From the NCBI GenBank assembly GCA_003246855.1, contig QKCP01000051.1, forward strand, positions 36,095 to 100,094: DNA of 64,000 nt, read 5' to 3'. A program made the translations under genes and the position numbers. This DNA is from Ilyobacter polytropus (GTDB lineage: Bacteria; Fusobacteriota; Fusobacteriia; Fusobacteriales; Fusobacteriaceae). Below the pieces are notes generated by a model. That model was not told the DNA's origin. It searched no databases and saw nothing but the letters and a program-made list of their open reading frames with translations. Shown here piece by piece: positions 39,960 through 49,817 of the stretch (positions are counted from its first letter, which is position 1; every line of letters begins with the position of its first letter).

Positions 39960-40210
39960 CTTTTTCCTTTCTGGCATAATTTTTCAAAAAACAAAATATG
40001 GGAATTCCCATATAGATTTTAACATGAAACCATATTTTACCAAAATGATTTTGGCAAATTCTGCTAAATATACACAATTTTTACTCGATTAGTTTGTATT
40101 CTTAATGAATTACTGAATCTACTTACCATCTTTTAACTTTTTAACTATCAAAAATAAAAAAGATAAATTCAATAAATCATTAAAGCCCACAAATTATTCC
40201 GTATTTTAAC

Positions 40211-40238
40211 ATTCCCTTGCCTTTCGGCAAGGGAATGT
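40211..40238 (-). terminator. Hairpin immediately downstream of the secDF-wHTH operon
   Basis: CATTCCCTTGCC-(GAAA loop on the minus strand)-GGCAAGGGAATG is a 12-bp perfect stem. The T tract after it is weak. Confidence 0.55.
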
Positions 40239-40241
40239 ATT

Positions 40242-40448
40242 CTACTTTAGTGAAAATTTTATAGATTTACCAAATCTTTCAGAAAAAAGTTTTTCTTCTT
40301 TCATAAGCCAACCTATAGCAAGAAGCAGGTCTTCTTTTTTCAAACCAGTAGTCTTTTCAAGCGATGAAAGTGTTTGAGTAGGTGTGCTACTTAAACTTTC
40401 CCATATTTTCCCTGCATTTGCTCCAATTTCTTCACAAGTATACCTCAT
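40242..40448 (-). CDS. Small winged-helix protein (DUF2582-like)
   Basis: 68 aa. EEIGANAGKIWESL...LSSLEKTTGLKKEDLLLAIGWLMKEEKL matches my memory of the DUF2582 wHTH pattern. Confidence 0.6.
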   Translation of the reverse strand: MRYTCEEIGANAGKIWESLSSTPTQTLSSLEKTTGLKKEDLLLAIGWLMKEEKLFSERFGKSIKFSLK

Positions 40449-40450
40449 TA

Positions 40451-41332
40451 CTAAACCTCCGTTACTGATTGTTTCTTTTCTAAGATATTTACAACTGGAC
40501 TCGCAACAAATATAGAAGAATATGTTCCTACAACAACTCCTATTAACAAAGTAGTTATAAATGTCTTAAGCGAATCTCCACCAAATACTAAGATAGCTAT
40601 AATAGCTAAAAATGTAGTTAAAGATGTATTAATAGATCTTGTCATAACTTGATTAATACTTATATTTATGGATTCCGCTAGTGAGACAGCTTTTTTCCTT
40701 CTCAGATTTTCTCTTATCCTATCAAAAACTACTATTGTATCATTAATAGAGTAACCTAATATAGTTAGCAAAGCTGCTATAAAAGGAGTGTTCAACTCGT
40801 ACCCTAAAATTGCTATAAATCCAACTGATATAATTATGTCGTGGAAAAGTGCAATTATAGCCGCTATTGCAAACTTGAATTCAAATCTAAGTGTTATATA
40901 CATAACTATTAGTATCCCACCTATTATAAGGGCGTATATCGCTGTCCTTTTTAGCTCAGATCCTATAGTCGCTCCTACTTTTTCGCTTTTTTGAAGTTCA
41001 TAATTAGAATAAGCTTCTACACCACTTAAAAATTGAGTCTTTTGCTCTTCAGACATTTCCAAAGTTCTTATTATTGCAACATTGTCTTCTGAGATTTGAA
41101 CTTTCCTACTTCTAGAATCTAGCTGCGGTATCTTCGAAGCTATCCCGTCTAGCACAGGATTTAATTTTTGCAGGGACACCTCTTCTTGAAACTTCAACTG
41201 AAACAGATTCCCGCCTGTAAAGTCTATTCCATAATTTAAGCCTTTGAAAATAATACCAAATAACGATATTAATATTAAAACTCCTGAAACACCTAGCCAA
41301 ATTTTTGTATTTCTTATAATATCTATATTCAC
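40451..41332 (-). CDS. secF: Protein translocase subunit SecF
   Basis: 293 aa with GIDFTGG and DTIVVFDRIREN, adjacent to secD. Confidence 0.95.
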   Translation of the reverse strand: MNIDIIRNTKIWLGVSGVLILISLFGIIFKGLNYGIDFTGGNLFQLKFQEEVSLQKLNPVLDGIASKIPQLDSRSRKVQISEDNVAIIRTLEMSEEQKTQFLSGVEAYSNYELQKSEKVGATIGSELKRTAIYALIIGGILIVMYITLRFEFKFAIAAIIALFHDIIISVGFIAILGYELNTPFIAALLTILGYSINDTIVVFDRIRENLRRKKAVSLAESINISINQVMTRSINTSLTTFLAIIAILVFGGDSLKTFITTLLIGVVVGTYSSIFVASPVVNILEKKQSVTEV

Positions 41333-41335
41333 CTT

Positions 41336-42556
41336 TTAGTTCCCCCTAACACCAAATAGTTGAGGCTTCTCAATCTTAAATAAAATTACGAAACCTTTTA
41401 ATAAAAGTCTGGTAAATGTTATAGCCGTAAACATAGAGGCAAGTATACCTATTGTCAATGTTATGGCGAACCCTTTTACAGGACCTGTTCCCATAGTAAA
41501 AAGTATAAATGTTATTATAAGAGTTGTAAGATTAGAGTCAAAAATAGCCATAAAAGCTTTTTTGAAACCTACTTCTATAGATGATAAAATTGTATTGCCG
41601 TACCTTAACTCTTCCTTTATCCTCTCGAATATTATTACATTGGCATCTACTGCCATACCAAGTGACAGTATAAGTCCTGCTATACCTGGAAGTGTAAGTG
41701 TAGCATCTAAAAAGTTTAGAGTTCCAAAAGCTATTAGCCCAAAACTTAGCAAGGCCAGGTCTGCAACCAATCCTGGAATTCTATACCATATAACCATAAA
41801 TGCTGTTATTAGCATAACGGCAATTATTGCAGCTTTTTTACTTTTGTTTATAGATACGTCTCCCAATGAAGCCCCTACAGAACGCGTTTCAAGTATTTCA
41901 GCCTTTACAGGTAAAGCCCCTGCATTAAGCAATGTAGCCATAGCCTTGGCCTCTTCTACTGTATAATTTCCAGTTATTACTCCAGATCCACCAGGAATTT
42001 CCGTATTTATAACTGGGGCTGTCTGAACTTCTCCATCAAGAGTTATCGCCAGCTTTTTCCCAATATTTTCCCTGGTTATCTTTGCAAATACCTCTGCTCC
42101 ATCTGTGTTTAATTCAAAAGCTATCTGAGGTCTTCCTAAATTATCATAACTTACATCTGCTTTTACAAGATCTTTTCCTGTCAAAAGAGTTTCCCCTAAG
42201 CTTCCATCATCGTTCACCAGCTTAAACTCCAAAAGAGCTGTTTTACCGATTAATTTTATGGCTTCCTCAGTATCTTCTACCCCAGGCAATTCGATTATAA
42301 CCCTTTTTTCCCCGGATCTTTGTACGACCGATTCCGCAACTCCGAGTCCATTTATTCTCCTGTCAAGAACCTCCGTAAGCCTATCCATGGCCTCGTTGTC
42401 TATCTCTTTACCATCTTCAGACTGCGCCTCAAGAACCACGTAAACACCACCTTTTAGGTCAAGGCCTAATTTTGTGGGCTTTACAAAACTCAGCCACGCG
42501 GCACCGCACAAGATAATAAAAATTAGCACAAGCTTGATAACTAGCGATTTTCTCAT
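41336..42556 (-). CDS. secD: Protein translocase subunit SecD
   Basis: 406 aa with LGLDLKGG, LGVAESVVQR and DANVIIFERIKEE. Confidence 0.95.
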   Translation of the reverse strand: MRKSLVIKLVLIFIILCGAAWLSFVKPTKLGLDLKGGVYVVLEAQSEDGKEIDNEAMDRLTEVLDRRINGLGVAESVVQRSGEKRVIIELPGVEDTEEAIKLIGKTALLEFKLVNDDGSLGETLLTGKDLVKADVSYDNLGRPQIAFELNTDGAEVFAKITRENIGKKLAITLDGEVQTAPVINTEIPGGSGVITGNYTVEEAKAMATLLNAGALPVKAEILETRSVGASLGDVSINKSKKAAIIAVMLITAFMVIWYRIPGLVADLALLSFGLIAFGTLNFLDATLTLPGIAGLILSLGMAVDANVIIFERIKEELRYGNTILSSIEVGFKKAFMAIFDSNLTTLIITFILFTMGTGPVKGFAITLTIGILASMFTAITFTRLLLKGFVILFKIEKPQLFGVRGN

Positions 42557-42589
42557 GATGTCCTCCCTCGTAGAGTTAAAAAACTCTTT

Positions 42590-43012
42590 TTATTTTCTGC
42601 TGTTCATATCAAGGTATGTTTGCAAAATAATTGTCGCAGCTACCTTGTCTACAACTTTTCTTTTTTGTTTTGCATCTTTTTTAGTCATTTCATTTAACAT
42701 CCTGTCTGCAGAAACAGTTGAAAATCTTTCATCAACCTCAATTATATCAAGGTCTTTTATTTCCTTTTTTAGCTTATCAATAAACTCCCTTACTTTTTCA
42801 GCCTGTCTTTTTTCAGAACCATCAAGACTTTTTGGGATCCCTACCACTATATTTTTAGTATTTTCACTATCACAAATTTCTTTTATACGCTTTACAGCCT
42901 TTGTTTTTCTCCTGTCGATAACTTCAAGAGGAGATGCGAACATGCCGAGTACATCGGATTTCGCTACACCTATTCGCACATCTCCTATATCAAGTGCCAA
43001 GTATTTCTTCAT
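42590..43012 (-). CDS. ruvX: Putative pre-16S rRNA nuclease / Holliday junction resolvase-like YqgF
   Basis: 140 aa with LALDIGDVRIGVAKSD and DERFSTVSA. Confidence 0.92.
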   Translation of the reverse strand: MKKYLALDIGDVRIGVAKSDVLGMFASPLEVIDRRKTKAVKRIKEICDSENTKNIVVGIPKSLDGSEKRQAEKVREFIDKLKKEIKDLDIIEVDERFSTVSADRMLNEMTKKDAKQKRKVVDKVAATIILQTYLDMNSRK

Positions 43013-43063
43013 AAAACTTTCTCCCGTATAAAAAGCAAGAAGTGAGCATAACTCACCCTTACT

Positions 43064-45670
43064 TTATAATTTATCATTCAACAATTTCTTACCAAACTCT
43101 ACTGCTTCGAGAACTTTAAATCCGTCTTTCCCTCCGGCTTGAGCAAAATCCGGTCTTCCCCCACCGTTTCCTCCGGCTACATTGGATATCTCCTTTACTA
43201 AGTCCCCAGCTTTTACCTTCCCTATAAGGTCTTTGGTGACCCCTACTGCAAATACAGCCTTGCCATTGTCAGTACCAAGTATTACCACACAAGATCCAAG
43301 TTTATCCTTGGCTTTGTCGACTATCTCCCTAAGTGATCCGGCCTCTTTATCTTTAAATGATTTTACCAGTACTTTTACGCCGTTTATCTCCTCTACGTCA
43401 TCAAACAGCTGGTTGGCCTCATAAGTAGCCAACTTAGACTTGTATTTTTCTAACTCCTTCTGGGTATCTTTTAGTTCCTCCATGAGCTTAGCAGCCTTTT
43501 CCTCGATATGGGTGCCATCTGTTTTAAGTGCATCAGCCACATTTAGTATGACTTTTTCCATCTCATTTACAACTTTAAAACTCATATAGCCAGTGGTTGC
43601 CTCAATCCTTCTGGTGCCCGCAGCTATTCCGGTTTCAGTTAGTATATTGAAAAGTCCAATCTCTCCTGTTCTATCCACATGAGTCCCTCCGCAGAGCTCC
43701 ATTGAAAATCCAGGTACGTCCACGACTCTGACAAGGTCTCCATACTTGTCGCCAAAAAGTGCAGTCGCCCCTTTCTCTTTGGCCTGTTCTATATCCATTA
43801 AGTTTACTTCCACTTCAAGATTTTCAAATACAATCTTGTTCACTATTTCTTCAACCTTTTCAATTTGCTCCCTTGTTACGGCCTCATAATGGGTAAAGTC
43901 AAACCTCAACCTGTCTTCATCTACTAACGACCCTGCCTGCTGTACGTGGGCTCCTACTACTTCTTTTAATGCCTTTTGTAGTAAGTGAGTAGCTGTATGA
44001 TTTCTCTTAATTTGGTTCCTTCTCGCTTTATCCACAGCTAGGTGCAGCTTTACACCTTTTTTTAAGTTTTCTGCTCCCTCTTCTATTTCAACTGTATGCA
44101 TGTATATCTCTTTCTGCTTTTGAACATCAATTACCTTACCCTTTATCCCGTCCCCAGATATGGTTCCGTGGTCTGCGGCCTGCCCTCCAGACTCTGCATA
44201 AAAAGGTGTTCTGTCAAATATAACAAGGTATTTCCCGTTAGGAAGTTCTTTCGAATGATATATTACTCCTTCTATTTCGAAGCTTTCATAACCGTCGAAT
44301 ATGGTCTTTCCGTATTTATCATAAAATTCTTCTATAAACTTATCCTGTCCCTTTTCTTTAACTATCTCCCTTGCGCTCCTAGCTCTCTCTTTTTGCTCCT
44401 CCATTTTTTCTTTGAACTCGTCGAAGCTTATTTTTATGGAGTGCTCATTACAGATCTCCTCTGTAAGTTCATAAGGGAACCCGTATGTGTCGTAAAGTTT
44501 GAATACTGTTTCGGCATCCAGTTTATCCATACCTTCTGACTTCAGCTTGTCTATCTCATCGTTTACCATCTGTATTCCCTGGTCTAGGGTGTGGGAGAAT
44601 TTCTCCTCCTCTATTTTTATAACTTTCTTTACATGTTCTTTATTTCCCGTGATGTCGGGGTAAGCTCCACCCATTATATCTACTACAACATCAACCAATT
44701 TGTATAGGAAGATTTCCTCTTTTCCTAGAAGTCTGCCGTGTCTTGCAGCCCTTCTAAGTATCCTTCTTAGGACATACCCTCTACCCTCATTGGACGGGAG
44801 TACGCCGTCGTTTACAAGGAAAGTTATCGCCCTGGTATGATCGGTTATAACTTTTAGGGAAAAATCCTTGTTTCCGCTTTCTTTGTATGCTACACCGCAC
44901 TCTTTAGCTGCAGCTTCAAGAATTGGGAACAAAAGGTCTGACTCGAAGTTATTTTCTTTCCCCTGAACTATGGCTGCTATCCTCTCAAGTCCTGCTCCAG
45001 TATCAATATTTTTCTTAGGAAGAGGTACTAACGACCCGTCTTCCAACCTGTTCCACTCTGTAAACACTAAGTTCCATATCTCTAGGTACCTGTCACTGTC
45101 GCATTCACAGCCGAGCTTACAATCCGGTCCACACCCGAAATGCTCACCCTGGTCATAATGTATTTCAGAACAAGGTCCGCATGATCCTGTGGGCCCCGCT
45201 GCCCACCAGTTGTCGTCTTCTCCTAGCCTTACTACCCTGTCCTTTGGAACGCCTATTTTTTCAATCCAAATTTTTTCACTCTCGTCATCATCGTTGTAAA
45301 CTGATATCCAAAGCTTGCTTTTGTCCAGTTTCAAAACCTCAGTAACGAATTCCCAAGACCACTCGATAGACTCCTCTTTAAAGTAGTCTCCAAAAGAAAA
45401 GTTTCCAAGCATCTCGAAAAAAGTATGGTGCCTTGCTGTTCTTCCTACATTTTCAAGGTCATTTGTTCTGATGCACTTTTGATATGTTGTCACTCTTTTG
45501 TTAGGAGCTTCTTTTTGTCCCAAAAAAAACGGCTTAAACGGAACCATTCCTGCTACCGTTAAAAGCAGGGTAGGATCGTCTGGTATAAGTGATGCACTTT
45601 CATAGTGCTTATGGTCTTTTTCTTTAAAAAATTCTATAAACTTGCTTCTTATTTCATTTCCTGAAAGCAT
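43064..45670 (-). CDS. alaS: Alanine--tRNA ligase
   Basis: 868 aa with FEMLGNFSFGDYFK, the editing-domain HTATHLL motif and a C-terminal DHHA1-like GGGRPDFAQAGG. Confidence 0.98.
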   Translation of the reverse strand: MLSGNEIRSKFIEFFKEKDHKHYESASLIPDDPTLLLTVAGMVPFKPFFLGQKEAPNKRVTTYQKCIRTNDLENVGRTARHHTFFEMLGNFSFGDYFKEESIEWSWEFVTEVLKLDKSKLWISVYNDDDESEKIWIEKIGVPKDRVVRLGEDDNWWAAGPTGSCGPCSEIHYDQGEHFGCGPDCKLGCECDSDRYLEIWNLVFTEWNRLEDGSLVPLPKKNIDTGAGLERIAAIVQGKENNFESDLLFPILEAAAKECGVAYKESGNKDFSLKVITDHTRAITFLVNDGVLPSNEGRGYVLRRILRRAARHGRLLGKEEIFLYKLVDVVVDIMGGAYPDITGNKEHVKKVIKIEEEKFSHTLDQGIQMVNDEIDKLKSEGMDKLDAETVFKLYDTYGFPYELTEEICNEHSIKISFDEFKEKMEEQKERARSAREIVKEKGQDKFIEEFYDKYGKTIFDGYESFEIEGVIYHSKELPNGKYLVIFDRTPFYAESGGQAADHGTISGDGIKGKVIDVQKQKEIYMHTVEIEEGAENLKKGVKLHLAVDKARRNQIKRNHTATHLLQKALKEVVGAHVQQAGSLVDEDRLRFDFTHYEAVTREQIEKVEEIVNKIVFENLEVEVNLMDIEQAKEKGATALFGDKYGDLVRVVDVPGFSMELCGGTHVDRTGEIGLFNILTETGIAAGTRRIEATTGYMSFKVVNEMEKVILNVADALKTDGTHIEEKAAKLMEELKDTQKELEKYKSKLATYEANQLFDDVEEINGVKVLVKSFKDKEAGSLREIVDKAKDKLGSCVVILGTDNGKAVFAVGVTKDLIGKVKAGDLVKEISNVAGGNGGGRPDFAQAGGKDGFKVLEAVEFGKKLLNDKL

Positions 45671-45773
45671 TCTGTTCTCCTTCCTTAACGCCTATTTTCC
45701 AATGATATAATATAAGATTTAAAATTAATTGTCAAATTAATTTATTTGATGGCAAAACAAGAGAACAAGGAAA

Positions 45774-46499
45774 TCAATCCAATTTGAACCCCTGACCTAG
45801 GTATACTCTTCTTGCTGTATCATCATTTGAAATCTCTTCAGGGGTACCGCTTATCAGCACCTTTCCTTCGGCCATTATATAGGCCCTTTCTGTTATGCTC
45901 AAGGTTTCCCTTACGCTATGGTCAGTAATCAGTATTCCCAAACCTTTTTCTTTGAGGTACCTCACTATATTCTGTATATCCTCCACTGCTATCGGATCCA
46001 CTCCTGCAAAAGGTTCATCCAAAAGTATAAAGTCAGGATCATTTGCTATTGTCCTTGCTATTTCGACCCTTCTCCTCTCCCCACCAGATAGGGAGTACCC
46101 CAAAGACTTTGAGACATGGGTAAGCTTAAACTCATCTAGCAGGTTCTCCATTCTCTCAACCCTGTCTTTCTTTTCTATATTCCTCATTTCCAGTATCGAG
46201 AGTATGTTTTCCTCAACAGTAAGGTTCCTAAAAACAGACGGTTCTTGAGCCAGATACCCTATGCCAAGTCTTGCCCTCTTATACATCGGATATCCAGTTA
46301 TATCCACCTCATTTAAGAATACACTCCCTGTTTCCGGCTTAACTATTCCAGTTATCATATAAAACGTGGTTGTTTTTCCGGCACCGTTTGGACCGAGAAG
46401 TCCCACTATCTCACCCTTATTTACCTCAAGGCTCACTCCGTTTACAACTCTTCTTTTCTTGTAAGACTTACACAAGTCCTGGGCTATAATTGATTTCAT
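45774..46499 (-). CDS. lptB: LPS export ABC transporter ATP-binding protein LptB
   Basis: 241 aa with [22 protein letters not shown] and a C-terminal [11 protein letters not shown]. It sits directly downstream of the OstA-like giant gene. Confidence 0.88.
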   Translation of the reverse strand: MKSIIAQDLCKSYKKRRVVNGVSLEVNKGEIVGLLGPNGAGKTTTFYMITGIVKPETGSVFLNEVDITGYPMYKRARLGIGYLAQEPSVFRNLTVEENILSILEMRNIEKKDRVERMENLLDEFKLTHVSKSLGYSLSGGERRRVEIARTIANDPDFILLDEPFAGVDPIAVEDIQNIVRYLKEKGLGILITDHSVRETLSITERAYIMAEGKVLISGTPEEISNDDTARRVYLGQGFKLD

Positions 46500-46520
46500 A
46501 GGTTTAGCTCCTTTATAGTT

Positions 46521-49500
46521 TTATTCGGCAACAAATCTGAGTTCTCTGTTTTTTATAACTGCAGAAAATATCTTCTGAGAACGCTTGTCCTCCAACCTGA
46601 ATAAAGCTTTTAATACAGGCCCGTTTTTCGGTTTCCCGACTATCTTCCCGTTAGAATCTATAAACCCGCCTAGTGATTGCCACTCTAACTTAATATCGGA
46701 AATATTTTTAGGTAGTTCTATTGCTACTGCCCCTTCAGGGTATACTCCGAGTTCAAACTTGGAAAGTTCCCTGCTTAAGTATTTTTCTTTTACTTCTTTC
46801 TCAACCTTTACATAGTAATCTTTTTTCCTACTTACACCCTCCAGGGTGAATGTCCCTGTTAATTTTATCATTGAATCCCCTGCAAGGTATCCAGGGTGGT
46901 TCACTTTACCGTTTTTCCCGATAGTTTTTACATCGCTGGAATCCCATTCTATCAAGACTTCTCCGTGAAAAGCCGGAAGATTGAGATTGAATACTGAGTT
47001 TCTAATTAGGCTTTGAATCTTTACCTTGTCCATAGCTGTTTGTATATTTTTCACAGCAATCTGCCTCTTTTTTCCCTCTTTTTTTCTGTCGCTTTCTACT
47101 CCGCTTAAATGTTCGACAAAAACATTCCCCTTGCCCTTTACTTGTTCTTTTTGCATATCATAGTAACCCTCGTCGGACCACATCGTAGTCCCGCCCTTAT
47201 CTAGTACCACATTCCCTATGAACTCACTTTGTCTGTTCATATCGTCGTACTTGGCGTAGTCCGAACTTACATGCACTTCCCCCGAATCTTTTAGAATGCT
47301 TTTCATTCTGACATTCCCTTCAGCTACTGCGACTTTTGTGTTTGAATTAAATCTGAGTTTATCAGAAGATATTTCGCTGCCGTCCGATTTCTGAAGCCTT
47401 GAGTTTCCATTTGATATCGATTCTCTAGAAAAGTGGTCCAACTCGAGTTTTTGAGTAAATATACGGTAATCTCCATAGTTTAATTCGACGTTGTTTCTTA
47501 GTTCACTTTTGTATACGGAGTAACTCCCTCCATTTTTTCTAAGTAGCAGTCTAAGCAGGTCGCTTTTGAAATAAAGTTTTTCTTCGCCTAAGCTGAACTT
47601 TAAATCTTTGCCTCCTTTTGTCAGAAGTACCCCGCTCACGTCTCCAGCGACCTCCATCGCGTTGTTTTTAAAATCTGCCAGGTAACCGTCTCCCGAGACA
47701 CTCTCCCCGTAGTTATCTCGAAAAGTAACGTCTCCTCCCTCTGCCGTGTCTGTATCCATATTCACTTTAGCCCATTTGGAATCTAAATTTATGCCGCCAT
47801 ATTTAATACTCACATCTTTTTCGGATACTGCATAGGAAGTCGGGATATAGTAAGTTATCCCCTGAGACATAGCTTCCATCTCAGCATCCTTTACCGTAAC
47901 ATCACCTGAGAGCTTTAAGATTTTTTCCTCTGAACTGTAATGTCCATTTTTACCTCTTAGTTCCCTCTCCTGTGAAACTGCATAGAAGTTTCTCCCGGTA
48001 AAACTCTTTTTCTGCAGATCGTAATACCCTTCGTACATCCTGCCTTTTATGTCGCTTCCAGAAAACTCTATTTCTCCTGGAAGGTATATAAGCTCTTTTC
48101 TCTTATCATAGTCGGCCTTTTTAGATGAGATCGTGTAGCCGTCTATTTTCATCTCTACATTTCCAGTTAATTTGATAAAACTATCCTTCTTGTATATGGC
48201 TTCTTCCGCCCTGAGTTCATGTCCTTTATTCAAATCTTTTGCGAATATATCTCCATTAAAGTTAGCTTCTTCATTATCCAGGTTATACTCTGCGCTTTTA
48301 CTCTGAATGAAATATTCAGAATTCAGTACCTTCGCATTTTTTGTGACCTCAGCCTTTTTAAGCCTGTCTGAATAATAGCCGCTATCACCTGATATCTCAA
48401 GCTTCTTTTTTTGCTGTATTATTTTAAAATTACTGTCAAAAGTTATTTTTTCTGTGGTCTCATCTACAACTGCACTTTTAGAGCTTATCATATAATCTCC
48501 GTATGTAGCAGATACCTTACCTTTGAGAGTGTGCTTTAACTGTGAAAAATCAACATTGGTTTCGGTAGCTGATAAGCGGTTTTTCCCGTCTTCTATCTTC
48601 GCATTTTTCAGCAATCCTTTTTTTGTATCCGTGTTGTACAGCATGCTGTCCCCTGTGCTGGTATACTTTTCACCTGTGTAAATATATTTATTCGCAGCAA
48701 ATAGTTCTTTTGTTTTCAGGTTGTAGTTGAAATTTTTGCTAGATAGCCTTTCCTTGGCGGACACATACTCAACTTTACCGCTGCTAGGTGCTAAAAATGC
48801 AGCTTCTCCTGTTGCTGTATTGTACTCCACAAGCTCCGCTATAAGCTTGTCTCCTTTTTCCCCAAGCACAGATACATCATCGCTTATTTTTAGTATTTTT
48901 CTATCAGGATAGTACACACCGCTGTTTGCAGAAAATTTGTATCCTTCACTCTTACCGATTATTTTACCGTAAAGATTCATCTCTCTTTTGGAATTATTGT
49001 AATATATCTTTTTTAACCCTAGATCTACTCCATCTCCTGTAATCTTTAAGTTTTCTAAGACTTCAAAGTCACCGCTGTTTTCGTAGTAGACGAACTCTCT
49101 TCCACTCATTTTCATGCCGTCATAATCCGCCACAAGGTTACCGTGACCCCTTGCGATTTTCTTCTTGCCGTCATATTCCAAGCTGTCAAATCTACCTGTT
49201 ATAGGGGCACCTCCATCTTTGGATACAACTGAAAATTCTATCCCACCGTCCATATCAAGCATGTCGGTGCTGTCACTGTAATGGGCTTTCTCCCCCTTCA
49301 AAATAAGGCTTTCTGTCCTTACAGTTATATTGCCCGATAACACCATGTCCTCCATACTCTTATCGCTTTCAAAACGGTCTCCAAATATGGAGATTTTTTT
49401 CTCCTCGTTATATGCAGTTACCCCTTCTTCAGAATAGAGTTTTTCCATCTCTGCAGAATAGCTGGCGCTCTTTGCACTTATCTTCCAACCATTCTTGCCC

Positions 49501-49802
49501 ACTCCATCTATATTACCGGACAGCACCAGGTTTTTAAGTGCATCTATAAAAGCACTATCTGAACTTATGCTCATATTCTTAAAAATAGCCTTTGCATTTT
49601 TAAAAAATGTTTCTTTTTTCTCTATGTCATCTATTTGCGTCTCAGCCCTGAGTTTGTAGTCTTTTGACTTGTACACAACCCCCCTGGTTTCTATTATATC
49701 CGTAAGGTCAAACTTCAGAGGGGATTCCTCTTTGAAGTAGTTAAAATATACAAACAAAACAAATAAAATGGCTGCCAATATATAAAGAATTTTTTTTAAC
49801 AT
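46521..49802 (-). CDS. Giant membrane-anchored OstA/LptA/LptC-like repeat protein with a distinct C-terminal tandem domain
   Basis: 1093 aa with one N-terminal TM (ILYILAAILFVLFVYF). I count ten exact G-[ND]-[IV] strand motifs (e.g. LSGNIT, LTGNVE, LSGDVT, AEGNVR, FIGNVV) interleaved with K-x-A-x-Y strands (SKSAEY, SKKADY), as in LptA/LptC beta-jellyrolls. RBS AGGAGG. It occupies the lptC-lptA position upstream of lptB. Confidence 0.7.
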   Translation of the reverse strand: MLKKILYILAAILFVLFVYFNYFKEESPLKFDLTDIIETRGVVYKSKDYKLRAETQIDDIEKKETFFKNAKAIFKNMSISSDSAFIDALKNLVLSGNIDGVGKNGWKISAKSASYSAEMEKLYSEEGVTAYNEEKKISIFGDRFESDKSMEDMVLSGNITVRTESLILKGEKAHYSDSTDMLDMDGGIEFSVVSKDGGAPITGRFDSLEYDGKKKIARGHGNLVADYDGMKMSGREFVYYENSGDFEVLENLKITGDGVDLGLKKIYYNNSKREMNLYGKIIGKSEGYKFSANSGVYYPDRKILKISDDVSVLGEKGDKLIAELVEYNTATGEAAFLAPSSGKVEYVSAKERLSSKNFNYNLKTKELFAANKYIYTGEKYTSTGDSMLYNTDTKKGLLKNAKIEDGKNRLSATETNVDFSQLKHTLKGKVSATYGDYMISSKSAVVDETTEKITFDSNFKIIQQKKKLEISGDSGYYSDRLKKAEVTKNAKVLNSEYFIQSKSAEYNLDNEEANFNGDIFAKDLNKGHELRAEEAIYKKDSFIKLTGNVEMKIDGYTISSKKADYDKRKELIYLPGEIEFSGSDIKGRMYEGYYDLQKKSFTGRNFYAVSQERELRGKNGHYSSEEKILKLSGDVTVKDAEMEAMSQGITYYIPTSYAVSEKDVSIKYGGINLDSKWAKVNMDTDTAEGGDVTFRDNYGESVSGDGYLADFKNNAMEVAGDVSGVLLTKGGKDLKFSLGEEKLYFKSDLLRLLLRKNGGSYSVYKSELRNNVELNYGDYRIFTQKLELDHFSRESISNGNSRLQKSDGSEISSDKLRFNSNTKVAVAEGNVRMKSILKDSGEVHVSSDYAKYDDMNRQSEFIGNVVLDKGGTTMWSDEGYYDMQKEQVKGKGNVFVEHLSGVESDRKKEGKKRQIAVKNIQTAMDKVKIQSLIRNSVFNLNLPAFHGEVLIEWDSSDVKTIGKNGKVNHPGYLAGDSMIKLTGTFTLEGVSRKKDYYVKVEKEVKEKYLSRELSKFELGVYPEGAVAIELPKNISDIKLEWQSLGGFIDSNGKIVGKPKNGPVLKALFRLEDKRSQKIFSAVIKNRELRFVAE

Positions 49803-49817
49803 TAATGCCTCCTGAGC

